Positions 13,201-26,582 of a DNA stretch of 64,000 bases are shown in pieces. The stretch is from NCBI RefSeq assembly GCF_009914755.1, contig NC_060926.1; one strand, given 5' to 3'. A program made the position numbers and the translations under genes. The notes under the pieces are model-generated. The model saw only the letters and a list, made by a program, of their open reading frames with translations. It was not told where the DNA came from and ran no database searches. Numbering within the stretch: position 1 is the stretch's first letter; every line of letters begins with the position of its first letter. This stretch comes from the human T2T-CHM13v2.0 reference genome, Homo sapiens.

Positions 13201-14099
13201 TTGTGGCTGAGAGTTCTTTTCCTTGCAAAAATAATGCATGCATTTTTATCTATTTCTTTCTTTAAATAAAAGCAGCAGGTTACAGTTTTCTTCTCTCCTC
13301 CTTCTCTCTCCCTTTCTTTCTTTTAAAGCTATTTCTTTATTTAGTATCCTACTAGCTTCTGGCTAGATTCCCACCAACATGTTTGAACAGAATTTTAAAT
13401 CATTTTTGCTTCAAAAGTTTCTATTTTTTAAAGGTCTGTAGGTACATCAGCAAAATATGTGCACAGAAAAATGTCACTATGTTTATTTAGCTGCACACAT
13501 GACCTTTTATTCAGCCATTTCTGAGCTGAGGTAAGAGACAGAAGATTGCTTCTGACAAATTCAACCCCATAGAAATTAAGATAGAGAAATGGGGAAGCAC
13601 TGTCACCCATTTTAACAGAATTCTCACTGAAATAAAAGTAAAAAGACAACAGGAAATTAATAGAACTAGCCTTAACAATTATGAAACTAGGTCTGTGTTA
13701 TAACATCACATACTTGCCTACCCTGTAATTTTGCCTTTGGCACTCCCTTATCCCCTTACCCTGACTTTCTTATCATCTTAGACCCAGTCCTCTTTCATGA
13801 ACCTTGCCTGGCTCTCTCCACCATCCTCCAGACAGAAGTATTCTCCCTTCCTGGATGGCTCCCTTGTACTTCACATAAGTCAGAATTCTTGGGTGCAAAC
13901 AACAGGTAAGCTGAATAGGAATCTGAAGCAAAAATAGATACTTGCAACAGAAAAAGAATTTGTTGAAAGAATTCAGTGTCACTCAAAAAATCAACAGACT
14001 GTCTAGACAGAGAACCAACTAGGAATGTGGGCAACCGAGGACACAACAGAAAATGCAGCCAAGCTCATTCCACTCTGTACTTCCATACAGAAGAAATGC

Positions 14100-14310
14100 T
14101 TTGGACCTGGATTAAATACAAGACCCACAACTTATTAACTATGTGTCCATGAATGGGGATCTGTACTCTCTCTAAATCTCATTTTCTTCATTTACAAAAT
14201 GGGCTAATCCTCACCTTCCACAGTTTTTGCAAGGATAAATTATATTGAACAATAGGCATCTGTGAAAAAACTTAGCTCTGCGTCTGGCACATTATAGATA
14301 CTTAAATCTT
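14100..14310 (+). mobile_element. MIR SINE
   Basis: CTCATTTTCTTCATTTACAAAATGGG core and GTCTGGCACATTATAG tail. Confidence 0.7.
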
Positions 14311-17300
14311 TGTATCTTCCCTGCAAAGATCTTCAACCCAAGAATGACTGACATCTTGTAACAGGCATTTGCCATCTTAAGGTCTCTCAGTATCTGAAAG
14401 GTAGCACAGATGTAAATTTTTCTGCATTGTATCATCTACTACACTGGGGAGTGATTCTACCTTTGCGGGCTCCCACTGAAAATAAACTTGGAAAGGGAAG
14501 AAACCACATCCCTGGGGAGCAGCACATCCTTTTTGGCAACTCATTGACAATCGGCAGCAACACTGGGATGATGGAGCCACATGGAATAGCGACGAAAATA
14601 GCAGGGCATCACTTTAGTTCAGGGACACCTCCCTTATCTCCCTGCCTTATTTCCAGGAAGCAAGTGATCCTTTCTATGGAAACTTCCAGGCTGAGGATTT
14701 CCAGCTCAAAAACCTAGAGAGATTGTGCTGTGTCTGCCATGAATCAGTGCGGCGGGGGCGGGGTAGGTGGGGGGTGCCATAACAACTCAGTACCATTTTC
14801 CTGACTCCAATTTTGATGATTAGAAGAGAGTGACTTTTGTACTAGTTCTATTATTGTGCTTTGGGTAGGTGCTTTTTTTTTTTTAATCTTTTTCTTTTTT
14901 CCTTTTTTTTCCCTCTCCTCTCTCTTTCCTCTCCTTTTGAAACGCATGTATTATCAGTATTGCTGTTGACTAATAGTCACTAAACACACCATTGTTCTTA
15001 ACTGAGCTTGGCATTTCACTATAGAAATTTTCAAAAATAAATTCCCGAAAATTTAACAATGAAGAAGAAATAAGCCTCAGCTTCTGAGAGTGATGCTCAC
15101 CAATTTTGTTTCCATTTTTTCCTCTTTGTTTTCATTCTGATGCCAGTGCAATTTTCATCTCCTTCTGAGCACTCCCTATTGAAAAGCTAAGTGTTTCAAA
15201 TAGCATGGGCAAGATTCAATGCACTTCTCTACACCCCAGCAAGTCGAGGACACACCATCTGACCATTAGCACCCCGCTGGGCCTCGGAAGGCCTGTTTTG
15301 CTTCAGCCGAATGTCATTTCAGCCAGTAACAATTATTTACTTCTGGAAAAAATTTGCTAAGGGACATGGAGCCAACTGGTGCTTTTGATTTCAAGGCCTA
15401 CTTGGTTATTCCTAAATTTCAGCTTGGGAAAGAAATTTGCAATTACCTCTCGAGAACATGCCATTTCACAGGAATCGTAATGGCATTTCACTGTGAGAAG
15501 AAAGTGTGTTTTATTGTAAGATGTGCCACCAGGTTTCTCATCAAACAAATGGCTTTTCTCAGACTCAATTTACCTTGGATGCTGCAAAATTCACTAATTT
15601 TCCAAATCTCAGTCTTTTCATCATGTACAAGTTATGTTAAATTTATATCTCTCTTATCTGCACATAAGACGTTTTAAAAAGGGTACACATTTCCAGTCTT
15701 CCATAATGTGAAGAATTCTTCCTAGTAAAACAAAAGTTACTTTTCCCCTGAAGCCTCAAAGCACTCTATCTACATCTTTGTTAAAGTGTTTATCTTGTCT
15801 GCACTGCATTTTCATTTATTTGTGAACATATTTTACCTCTCCTACTGTCAGCAGGATTTCTTAGGGGCTAGAAGTATAGTCCACCCAACATTATCTTGCA
15901 CAATGCATAGTGTGAGGTACTGGTTATTGCCGGAGTATTTTACATACATTTAAGGCTGTTTATTTAATATGAGGAGGTCAAACGCTAACAAGACTCAGTA
16001 AATTTCAGATATTTTACATAGTTCTTTCTTAACACTGGTCTTAGATCTGTCTCATCTCATTACTATGAAATATCCCTTGTGAGCAATTAATCCCTGTGTC
16101 TCACAATGGTCACCAGCAAGGTGAGAATAATATCCACCAATCTGAGGTGCTGTGAGAATGTAATATGAAGTAGAATAGGAGAGTGCTTGGAAAACTCAAA
16201 AGCAGTGTATGCTCTAAGATATCTTTATGATTACACCATTGTACTGGCTAGGGATACCCAATTTTCCTATGGTTGCTGCTCAGTTGTCATGAAATGGGAT
16301 TATTCTAAAGAAGACAAGAGAAAATAAAACAGGGATATGTATGGAAATAGCAGTAACTGAATGAACTTAGGCAATGCAGTGACCTGACAACACAGCAGAG
16401 GTGACACCAGAAACAGCTAGGCACGCGTGAAAGGTCACTTGAAGGGCTCAAGGGTTACTAACAAAAACAAGCACCCCAGCAGCCTGGAATCCCATTGATG
16501 ACTGAGGTATGGGCACAGGAGATAATCTTGAAACCATGAGTACTATTTCCTAGATCGACTCGTTTAAACCTCCTTAACTTGTAGTATCATAATGAAAGTC
16601 CAATATCCTAATTAATAAGAAACTTATTTGGAAACTCTTAATTGCCAGAAAAATATTAGGAGGTTTAAGATTATGAACATTACTGCATGAAAGGCTGGTC
16701 TGTTTTCACGGCAGCATATGGACAGTATTGATCAGTTCAACTTTCCAATACTCAGTGTTTTAGTTTCCCCTGAGTCCATTGCTTTCTATCAATAGATCTC
16801 TGAGAATAAATAAGCAGCTATGCAGAATTCTGATGTGCAAGACAAATAGACTGTTGACATCAGCTATATTTAGGAAAAGGCTCAGCATCAGACCCTTTGA
16901 TATGATGGGGCACTTCTTCCCAAGAAATGCCCAAGCCAAATCTGTCTACCTCTGTGATCTTATGGGCTTAGAGCCTCTCATTAAGAGGCTCTGTCTTTGA
17001 GTGTGCATTTTCTTTTCTGGACATAAGCTTAGACATGTGATCTCAGAGTAAACACCTCTGTGTTTCTACTTTCATGTTACACCCCGCAAAGTTTGCCAAA
17101 CCCACTCTTTGTCTATGACACCAGCCTTCTCCTTTGTGGTTTCCATTCTGCAAAATTTTTATCATGGCTGTCAGATTTGCTGTAGCCATCAGATGTGTCT
17201 GTGTCTCATTAATCTTTCTTAGCCAAACATATTTTTTTTTAAAAAAACTTATTCGACCAGATATAAAAATATATTTGCAAGTATCCCAAGTGTAAATTGC

Positions 17301-18279
17301 CAAGCCTTGGTGAGTGGTCCATGTGAGATCTTTGCAGTTCTTATAACTTACAAAAATAAACCCCTAAGGCTTGGAGTAAATTGAAATTATTCTTGATAGT
17401 TGTATCTCCACTACGCTATTCAAGATTCTCATTCTAACCCCAAAGCATCCATTGTGTATATAAATAATCTACGTTGTGTTTCTCTTTCTCCACCACATTT
17501 CCAGAAAAGAATAATATTCCCAAACTGATTCGTCTGTAAATAAAGGACGGCAAACTCCAACACAATGCATAGTGCTGCAGTTGCTGGATTTGTGGCCATG
17601 ACGCACTGTTCAGTCAGCAGAAATTGAGAAGTTGTTCATTCCTCTATGTTGTCATTGATATGTGAAAGCCTGTATATTAGCAGACAGGGAGCTGAGCTCA
17701 AAATGGTCAGATGGGCCCTGCCTAAAGCAGAGTAGAAGGCTGTTCACAAACCAACTCAAGTTTTAGCTCAATTCAAATATAGGCTGTTAGTAATGCAAAT
17801 TACCATCACCTTTCCAAAGCTCTTCAAAGTATAGAGGCGGTCAATGAATGTTCTAACAGGACTGATTCATGAAGCTTGAACTAGGAGCACACAGAAATGA
17901 TAAAGACTAATTAAAATAAGGAAAAGTTTTAAAATCACAGTTTTGTGGTGTTAAGCAAGGTTGTTGAAGCAAACAATGAATCAGCACGGGCAAAAAAAAT
18001 CAGTGACTTCAAATGGGCACAATTCATTAAAATAAACCTTTAAAATAAAAGTAAAAAGAATATAAGGTAACACAGCTGCGTATAAAGATGATTTTGCAAA
18101 AATAGCTTTGTCAAATTGTGGATAAGAGAATATGCAAATATCTTGCATAGGTACAAATTGGAGGCCCAGTGAATGGATATTAACTGCATGATTCTGTTTC
18201 TCCTTAACATATGGGTTGGTCTTGGATATCTGGTCTGTCCTGATCATCTGATGTTTACTTTTTTCTTTTAATTACTAAA

Positions 18280-19330
18280 CTTTATTTTTTAAAGATATAA
18301 CCCCTGTCTTCATAGGCACACACTACCTCCCCTACTGTCAACATCCCACACCATAGCGGTACACTTTTTATAATTGATTAACCTACCTTGACACATCCTT
18401 ATCACCCAAAGTTCATAGTTTACATGGGGGCTTGTGGTGATGCACATTCTGTGGGTTTTCACAAATGTATAAATGACACCTGTTATAATTACAGTATCAT
18501 ACAAAATGGTTTAATTGCCTTAAAATTTCCTGTGCTCTGGTTATTCACCTATTCATCCCTCTACTCTCACCTGCCATACAACATCTGCAATTACCGATCT
18601 TTCACTGTCTCCATAGCCATCCTTTTCCAGGGTGTGGCACAGTTGGAATCACACTATATGCTCTTTTCATATTGGCTTTTTAACCTTAGTAATATGCATT
18701 TAAGTTCCCTTCCTGTCTTTTCGTGGCTTCTAGCTCATTTACTTTTAGCACTAAACAATATTTTGTTGTCTGGTTATACCAGAGTTTATTTATCCATTCA
18801 CCTACTGAAAGAAATCTTGGTTTCTTTCAAAAATTTTTTTATGTTTATGATTATTATTATTATTATTTCTTTTTTTATTTTATTATTATTATACTTTAAG
18901 TTTTAGGGTACATGTGCACAATGTGCAGGTTAGTTACATATGTATACATGTGCCATGCTCGTGTGCTGCAACCATTAACTCGTCATTTAGCATTAGGTAT
19001 ATCTCCTAAAGCTCTCCCTCCCCCCTCAAATTTTGGTAATTATGAATAAAGGCACTATAAACTTCTGTGTGCAGGTTTTTGTGTGGACATAAGTGTTCAG
19101 CTCTTCTGGGTAAATACCAAAGAGTCTGACTGCTGATCGTATGGTATGAGTATGTTTAGTTTTTATGAGAAACTGTGAAAATGTCTTCCAAAGAGGCTTT
19201 ACCATCTTGTGTTCCCACCAGCAATGAATGAGAGTTCCTGTTGCTCCACATCCTTGCCAGCATGTAATGTTGTCAGTGTTCTGGATTTTAGCCATTCTAA
19301 TATGTGTGCTGTGATATCGTGTTGTTGTTT
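18280..19330 (-). mobile_element. L1MC-like LINE 3' fragment, interrupted by L1PA
   Basis: GTGCAGGTTTTTGTGTGGACATAAG and TTCCCACCAGCAATGAATGAGAGTTCC. Confidence 0.85.
18836..19025 (-). mobile_element. Short 5'-truncated L1PA (L1PA3-like) 3' end
   Basis: ATACTTTAAGTTTTAGGGTACATGTGCAC...TTAGCATTAGGTATATCTCC with a TTA-type tail; TCAAA(A)ATTTT-like TSD. Confidence 0.9.
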
Positions 19331-21319
19331 AATTTATTGTCAAGAACAACCTCCCAGGAGTGGTATGACATTCTCTTGTCATCCACATTGGTGTCATGGT
19401 CTTCTTTTTCTTTAGAAAAGAATCCATCTGTTGCTGTTCTGAGTGCAATATGTAATACTTTACTTTTTGGGAAAAGATATTTGTGACTCTCCAATAGTTT
19501 TTTTAAAGAGAAAAGTCAAATATAAGTAAAAGAGACAAAAAATCTCAAGTGAAATAAAGTCGATTTGACTGTCTGACACTGGGTTCAACATGACACTCAA
19601 AGTAAACAATTTTTCAGTCAATTTTTTTATTAGACCAAGATGCAATATTTGAACTAATGTTATTTTTCGTGTTACAGTATAACCACAGCCATGACCTCTA
19701 CTTATTTTACTGAGAAAAGATTAATGGTGCTTCAGGGTGTCTTTTGTTTCCATATCCAGAAACCAAGAAGTGCAGGCTGAAGATATTGTTGTTGTTGCTG
19801 CTGCTGATGCCACTGTTGTTATTACTATTTTGGCAAGTTCTCATATAATGCTTTGTCAGGTTCTCCTAATTAACTTCTTTCAACTTCAGTTTCTCATTAT
19901 TAAAATGGGGATATTTCCAACTATGTGGGGTTGCTGTAGAAATTCAATTAGATGATCCAAATACAAGCATGCATCACATTGTTTGAAAATGAGACACATT
20001 TTTGAATATACAAAAACAAAGGATTTTCTTCAGTACCATTGCCACAGATGATTACCCTAAAAAATGAAGATATACAAATGTCTTACATGTTTTGAAATAT
20101 AAAGTGATTGTAAATTGAAAAGAATTGGCAATTTTCTGTCTAAATCAAACACATCAATTCTTTGCATAATTTTAGTTTTCTGTGTTTCAGAAAGGAGTTG
20201 CTTAGATTATGTTTTTCTCTAAAAGTAAATTTTTGTTTAGGTGCAATCTCTTCTACTAGTCCCATGTGTCAGTGAAACCCAGTGTTAGATTCAATATTGA
20301 CTAGGAAAGGAAGAAAAAGAAATGTAGTAGATAATAGCTGTGTAAGTGAGGTTGATTTTGCTGCAAGTAAAAACACTTTAATAAAAATGTATGGGACAAT
20401 ATGGACATTTATCATCTCACATGCCAAGGAATTTGGAGGTAGAACAGAAATACAGATGCTTAGTTCATTGATTCAAAAATATCATCAGTGTAACAGAACT
20501 TTCCAAATTTCTTTGATGCTCTTCTTAGAATATTGGGTCTTGCCTGTAAATTTGTTTAGACATAGATCCAAAAAACTTGTCAAGGTCATCTAACTATATC
20601 ATAAAACTGGGTGCGGGGTAATTTCTTCTCAAATATCTCTTTGCATCAGTAAAGGAAAGGTTACTCACAAAAACATATATTATATATTTTTTTTCTTCTA
20701 ATTTAAAAGCATGTGGTCAGAGGGCTTTAATTATATATATTTTTAAACTATGTTGAGATTTTCTTTCTAATATGTGCACTTACAAATATTTTATATAGCC
20801 TTGAGTAAAATACATATTCTGTAGTTTGAGGGTATGTACCTCCACTTATATGCATAATATGATGTTATTAATAAATGTTTATTAAATGTTTATTAATTAC
20901 ATTATTAATAAATAAACGTTAAATGTTAATTAATAAATATCCACTTATATGCATAATATACTGTTATTAATAAATGTTAGATCACATTTATTAATTATAC
21001 TGTTCAAATGCTTTTGTTCTTGTTATTTATTTTCCCAGCTTGAGCTATCAAGCTGACACATCTGAGAAAAGATTACTAAAATATTTTTCTGTGATTTATA
21101 TTTATCCCATTTATCCTTAAAATTCAGTCATATAATTTTCTTTAGAGGATTGCAGCATAAAAAATTTATATGACATGGAAATATGTATTTAGAGTTACAT
21201 TTTAATCCATGTATTAGTAGCATGTTTATATAAAAATATCTTAATTGTGATTATATAACCCAAGGATATTTACTTTGTATTTGAACTGTTCTAATCAAAA
21301 GTCAACATCATGAGAAAGC

Positions 21320-22082
21320 AAAAATGGCACAGCAACTTTAAAAGGCAGTTTGGCAGTTTCTTATAAAACTAAACATATTCTTACTGTATAATCAGCCAAT
21401 TTTGCTCCTTTGACTTTACTCTATTGATGTAAAAACTTAGTTCCCGTCACAAACCTGCATGTGGATATTTATATCAGCTCTATTCATAATTGTTAAAACT
21501 TGAAAGCAACCAAGATGTCCTTCAGTAGGAGAATTTATAAATAAATTGTGGTATACCCAGAAAATGAAATATTATTTGGCACTTAAATGACATGGGCTAT
21601 CAAGCCGTAGAAAGACCTGGTGGAACCTTAAATACATATGGTAAATGCAAGAAGTGAGTCTGAAAATGGTACCTACTATCTTTTCCAACTACATGACATT
21701 CTGGAAAGGAAGGACTATGAAGACAATGAAAACATTAGTCAGGGGTTACAGGAGAGGGAGGGATGAAAAGGCAGAACACAGAAGAATTTTGGGGCAATGA
21801 CACTCTTCTGTATGATACTAGAATAGTGGAGATGTGTCATTATACATTTGTCAGAGCCCAGAGAGTGCATAGCTGTGGATTTTGGGTGATAATGATATGT
21901 CAAGGCAGGTTCATTGATTGTAACAAATATACCACCATGGTGAGAGATATCAATAGTTGGGGAGGATATATGGGTGTGGAGGAGTGGGAGCATGGAGTAT
22001 GTGGGAACTCTGCGTTTAATGCTAACTTTTTCCGTGAACCTAAAACTGCTCTAAAAATAAATTATGTCCTTTAAAAAAAAAA
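21320..22082 (+). mobile_element. L1MC-like LINE 3' end
   Basis: AAGCAACCAAGATGTCCTTCAGTAGG and GAACCTAAAACTGCTCTAAAAATAAA followed by an A tail. Confidence 0.88.
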
Positions 22083-22410
22083 GCCAACATCAAAGCTGTT
22101 ACTCTAAGTGGATTGAATTGGGTTCAAGGTGTGTAGATTGGCCTGGAATTATACAGGCCCTTCCACACTTGCATGAGGGTACTTTTTTGGTATATGAATC
22201 TGGCAAGTCCATATTCTTAAGAATTACACCTTATCAGAGTGTCCCTGCATCTTCCCACTTATAGATGAGTTTGATCACCTGGCTCCACTAGGTTGACTGA
22301 ATTCTGCCATTAAGTATGCTGCTTCCGTTTCCTGTAAACTTCATCTGCAAGATACTGTCAGTGCATTTAAAGAACAGAAAGTTTACAGGGCGGATTTTAT
22401 GATTTGGTAA

Positions 22411-22703
22411 TTTTTTTTTTTTTGACAGAATTTCGCTCTTGTCGCCCAGTCTGGAGTAGTGCAATGTCATGATCTCGGCTCCCTGCAACCTCCGCCTCCT
22501 GGCTTCAAGTGATTCTCCTGCCTCAGCCTCCCAAGTAGCTGGGATTACAGGCACTTGCTACCACATCCCACTAATTTTTGTATTTTTAGTAGAGATGGGG
22601 TTTCACCATGTTGGCCAGGCTGATCTCGAACTCTTGACCTCAGGTGATCCACGTGCCTTGGCCTCCCAAGGTGCTGGGATTACAGGCATAAGCCACCGCC
22701 CTC
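22411..22703 (-). mobile_element. AluS
   Basis: Poly-T followed by a full antisense Alu dimer. Confidence 0.95.
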
Positions 22704-22949
22704 AGCTCGTACCTTCTTATTAATAATGACGGAACAGCTGGAAGAATTTGGTTGAGACTATTTTTCATTGCAATGTCCCACCTGGTGGAAAGTTTGCCAG
22801 GAAGGAAGCTTGCAGTACTCACCTTCCTCTAATTTTTGGAGACCACCAATATTTACCTCAGAAAAGCAAATCATGTGAATAATCATGTTCACTTTGGTCA
22901 GAATACAAAATGCGAATTGAATTTTATTCTTTGTAACATTATGTTATTA

Positions 22950-24600
22950 GGTTACCAAAATTCATGATTTTAAAAATCATATTGATTAATCTTTTATGAT
23001 CTAATTGTATCTTTCCTAATATCTATCAATACTTTCTGCCTCAAATTCTATTTTCTTCAATATCAATATAATCACTTCCACAATTTTTTTTTGGCTTATT
23101 GGTTTTCTGGAGAAACATTTTTATACTTTATTTTCAATCTTTCCATATGTTTTATTTTACCCATCTCTGGTGAGCTCTACATAGTTGATTTAAAAAAGTT
23201 CTCTAATTGGTATAGCTAGGTTTTCTTCCACCATATTCTTTTGTAATTCTTTGGTGTGCATGCAATTTTTATTGTTTTTTACTTTATATTCTTTCTGTAC
23301 TCCTTTGGGTGAATATATATTTTATATATATATATATGTGAATATATATTATGTATACATACACAAAATCCCTTCATGCATACCTCATCCCCACTTCTTA
23401 GAAGCTTTATATAATATTTCTATTATTGCAGTAATTATATCTGAACATTTAATTAAATGCCTATTATACTTTTTTCTAACAAGATCAAGTTACTTGTTAT
23501 TTATATTCTCATGCCAATCATATAAGGACTTCTGCTGATAGTCACCAATTATCTTCATCATCAACATTGTCATCTCCCTTAATTGTTAAAAGATTTGTTC
23601 GATCTTTTTATAACTTACTATTAATTACAATCAGTATATAACCAAATTTGTCAACATGTTTACCAGTTTCTGTGTTATTTTAGGGGTCATACTTTTCCCC
23701 CTTCTCATTTTTTTGTGTTTGTTTTTTTGCTTTGGTATGTACTTGAATGTTTCTTTCAGAGAGGATCAGTATTGGGGGGCAAATTTTGTACCTCTGAGAA
23801 AGGTTGTCTTTTCACGTATCTTTGAATGATGATTTATCTGAATATAGAATTCTAGGTTTACTTTCATTATGTAGTAAGCTCAGCCGTCAAAATATATTAT
23901 ATTATTATGTTCTAGAATGTATTGATCTTGTCACGAAGTCTGGTGTCAGTACAATTTTCTTTTCCTTTTTGTTTTGAAGAAGTGTGTTTTTTTCTCTCTG
24001 ACACTTTGAAGATTGTGTCTTTATTCTTAATTTTATAGAATTTTAATATAGTGTGTCCAGATATGTACTTATTTATGTTTATCCTGCTAAGGACTAGTTG
24101 TGTCTTTAATCGGAGCATTCATGAAATATTTTAACTTACCTTTAAAATTATTTTTTACTAGTTTTTCCTGAACTCTTTCCTGTACAAATCTCCTAAATAT
24201 GTCTTCTGTCTTAAATGAAGTTTATATTTTTGTATCTTTGTATTTTCCATGCCTCATGTTGGATCAATTCCTCAGCCTTCAGATTTACATATCATATCTT
24301 CAAATGCATCCAATCTGAAGTTTATTCTATTTGTTGAGGACTTTTCCTATGTTTTAAATAATTCATTTTTAAATGTCTTATCTTCTTTATTAATATATTT
24401 TCTTATTTTTATAAATATTATTCTTTACCTTAGCTCATAAACATTGTAAATACAATCATGCCATTTATATTCTAGTTTCTTCCTTAATTTTAGTTCATCT
24501 GAAGTAAATTCACATTAAATATTGAATTTGGGGGTGTTTTTCTCAGTATTAGTTTTACATGTGGATTTCAGAATTTTGATTTGTAGAACCATCTTGATCT
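22950..24600 (-). mobile_element. Very old L1M fragments
   Basis: T-rich; TTGAATGATGATTTATCTGAATATAGAATTCTAGGTT is an L1 ORF1 antisense landmark. Confidence 0.55.
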
Positions 24601-25974
24601 TGAATTCCTATTAGGATCTGTGTGTGTGGTGGGGGGAGGGGTGTTTCTTTCTCTTTCTCAGTGCTCTTGTTCCCCCATGCCATCCCTTCTACCTCCCTCT
24701 CCCTCAGTTTTTAGCTTGAGTCTATCCAGTCACAAGTCCTCTGAGTTTATTCAATCATAGGTCCTCTGTGTAGAACCAGGACACGTAATAACTCCTCTAC
24801 TCTTGGTCCTACATAACAAACAACTTATACCTTAGAAGGAGGTAGATAAACCAAAGAAAAAGGAGTTAGCACGTGAGGTATATTGAAAGAAAAGTGAGTA
24901 ACAGCAGAAACAATTCCGAAGTGTAAACACACAAATCCAGCTTTGTTTTCCAGCATTCAATGACAAGATACAAGGAAGGTCTGTATAAGTCACAGAACCA
25001 GTAAAGCATAAAAACAAAGTATTTTCCCCTTAAAAGCACAGTTACATCTGATAATTAAACTGAAGAAGACATTTTTCTGCTGAGAGCTTATTGTATCACA
25101 TAATGGGCATCATTCATAATACCCTCACAATAAATGCTGAGATGAGTTTCACAGGGTAACTTTAATCATATCCTTCAATTATTCATTGTATCAAAAACAA
25201 AAACAAAAACAGTGAATCAGAAAAGCAAACTATAGGACAATGACATGGAGGCAAATGTGATGTCACTCAGGCAAGTGACTCCTCATGTCTGGCTTTAAAC
25301 TGTGACAGATTTCAGAGTACTTGGGGCAGAGATCACAAACTGGCAATTTGACACACACATAAGGCTTGTTTACTCTATGGTATTGGTTCCCACCATGTCT
25401 GGTTTTTAAAAAAAAATTTAGTTGTCATTATATAAAAAACAGGTGAGTTCACACAAAAATCCAGGTTGTCAGTCATCCTTGTGAAGTGAGACCCTGGCAA
25501 CACTAGACTTTCATTTTCACAAGGCAACCCCTGGCTGGAGAGTTCCCCTGACACCGTCAGCTGCTGTGCACCACCTGTTGGCCCAGTGTTCACTAATCTG
25601 CATCCTATTCCAGAACACTTCCATTCCACTCACCATGTCAACTACCGAGATCTCCATGCTGGCAGCAAATTTTCTCCAGAGGCAAAATGAGACTGACCAC
25701 TTATTCTTCAAGCCCTCCCATTAATATCACTTCTTCCTGCCCAGCTTTGTGAAGGTTTTAAATGGCAGTGGGTTTAAGATCATTCCTGTGGCACCTCTGG
25801 GGCAAATTCCAGCCAAAGGCGAAGCTCTGTTCTTTACCATTCACTTGAGCTGAAAGTGGGATCCAGTCCTTCACACAGATAGTGTCAAATGAGCTAACAG
25901 TCATGTTCCAAACCTGCTTGAGGAAAATAACTTATTCTCACCAATAACAGCGAGTCATCAAGGCCCTGGTTTCT

Positions 25975-26582
25975 TTTTTTTTAATTTTCTTTTATTATTA
26001 TTATTATTATTATACTTTAAGTTTTAGGGTACATGTGCACAATGTGCAGGTTAGTTACATATGTATACATGTGCCATGCTGGTGTGCTGCACCCATTAAC
26101 TCGTCATTTAGCATTAGGTATATCTCCTAATGCTATCCCTCCCCCCTCCCCCCATCCCACGACAGTCCCCAGAGTGTGATGTTCCCCTTCCTGTGTCCAC
26201 GTGTTCTCATTGTTCAATTCCCACCTATGAGTGAGAACATGCGGTGTTTGGTTTTTTGTCCTTGCGATAGTTTACTGAGAATGATGATTTCCAGTTTCAT
26301 CCATGTCCCTACAAAGGACATGAACTCATCATTTTTTACGGCTGCATAGTATTCCATGGTGTATATGTGCCACATTTTCTTAATCCAGTCTATCATTGTT
26401 GGACATTTGGGTTGGTTCCAAGTCTTTGCTATTGTGAATAGTGCCACAATAAACATACGTGTGCATGTGTCTTTATAGCAGCATGATTTATAGTCCTTTG
26501 GGTATATACCCAGTAATGGGATGGCTGGGTCAAATGGTATTTCTAGTTCTAGATCCCTGAGGAATCGCCACACTGACTTCCA
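25975..26582 (-). mobile_element. 5'-truncated L1PA (L1PA3-like) with 16-bp TSD
   Basis: ORF2 C-terminus LWKSVWRFLRDLELEIPFDPAIPLLGIYPK; perfect TSD CAAGGCCCTGGTTTCT at 25959-25974 and 26583-26598. Confidence 0.97.

Noticed and set aside
14749-14776. Canonical G-quadruplex
   Set aside because: Only three runs of three or more G
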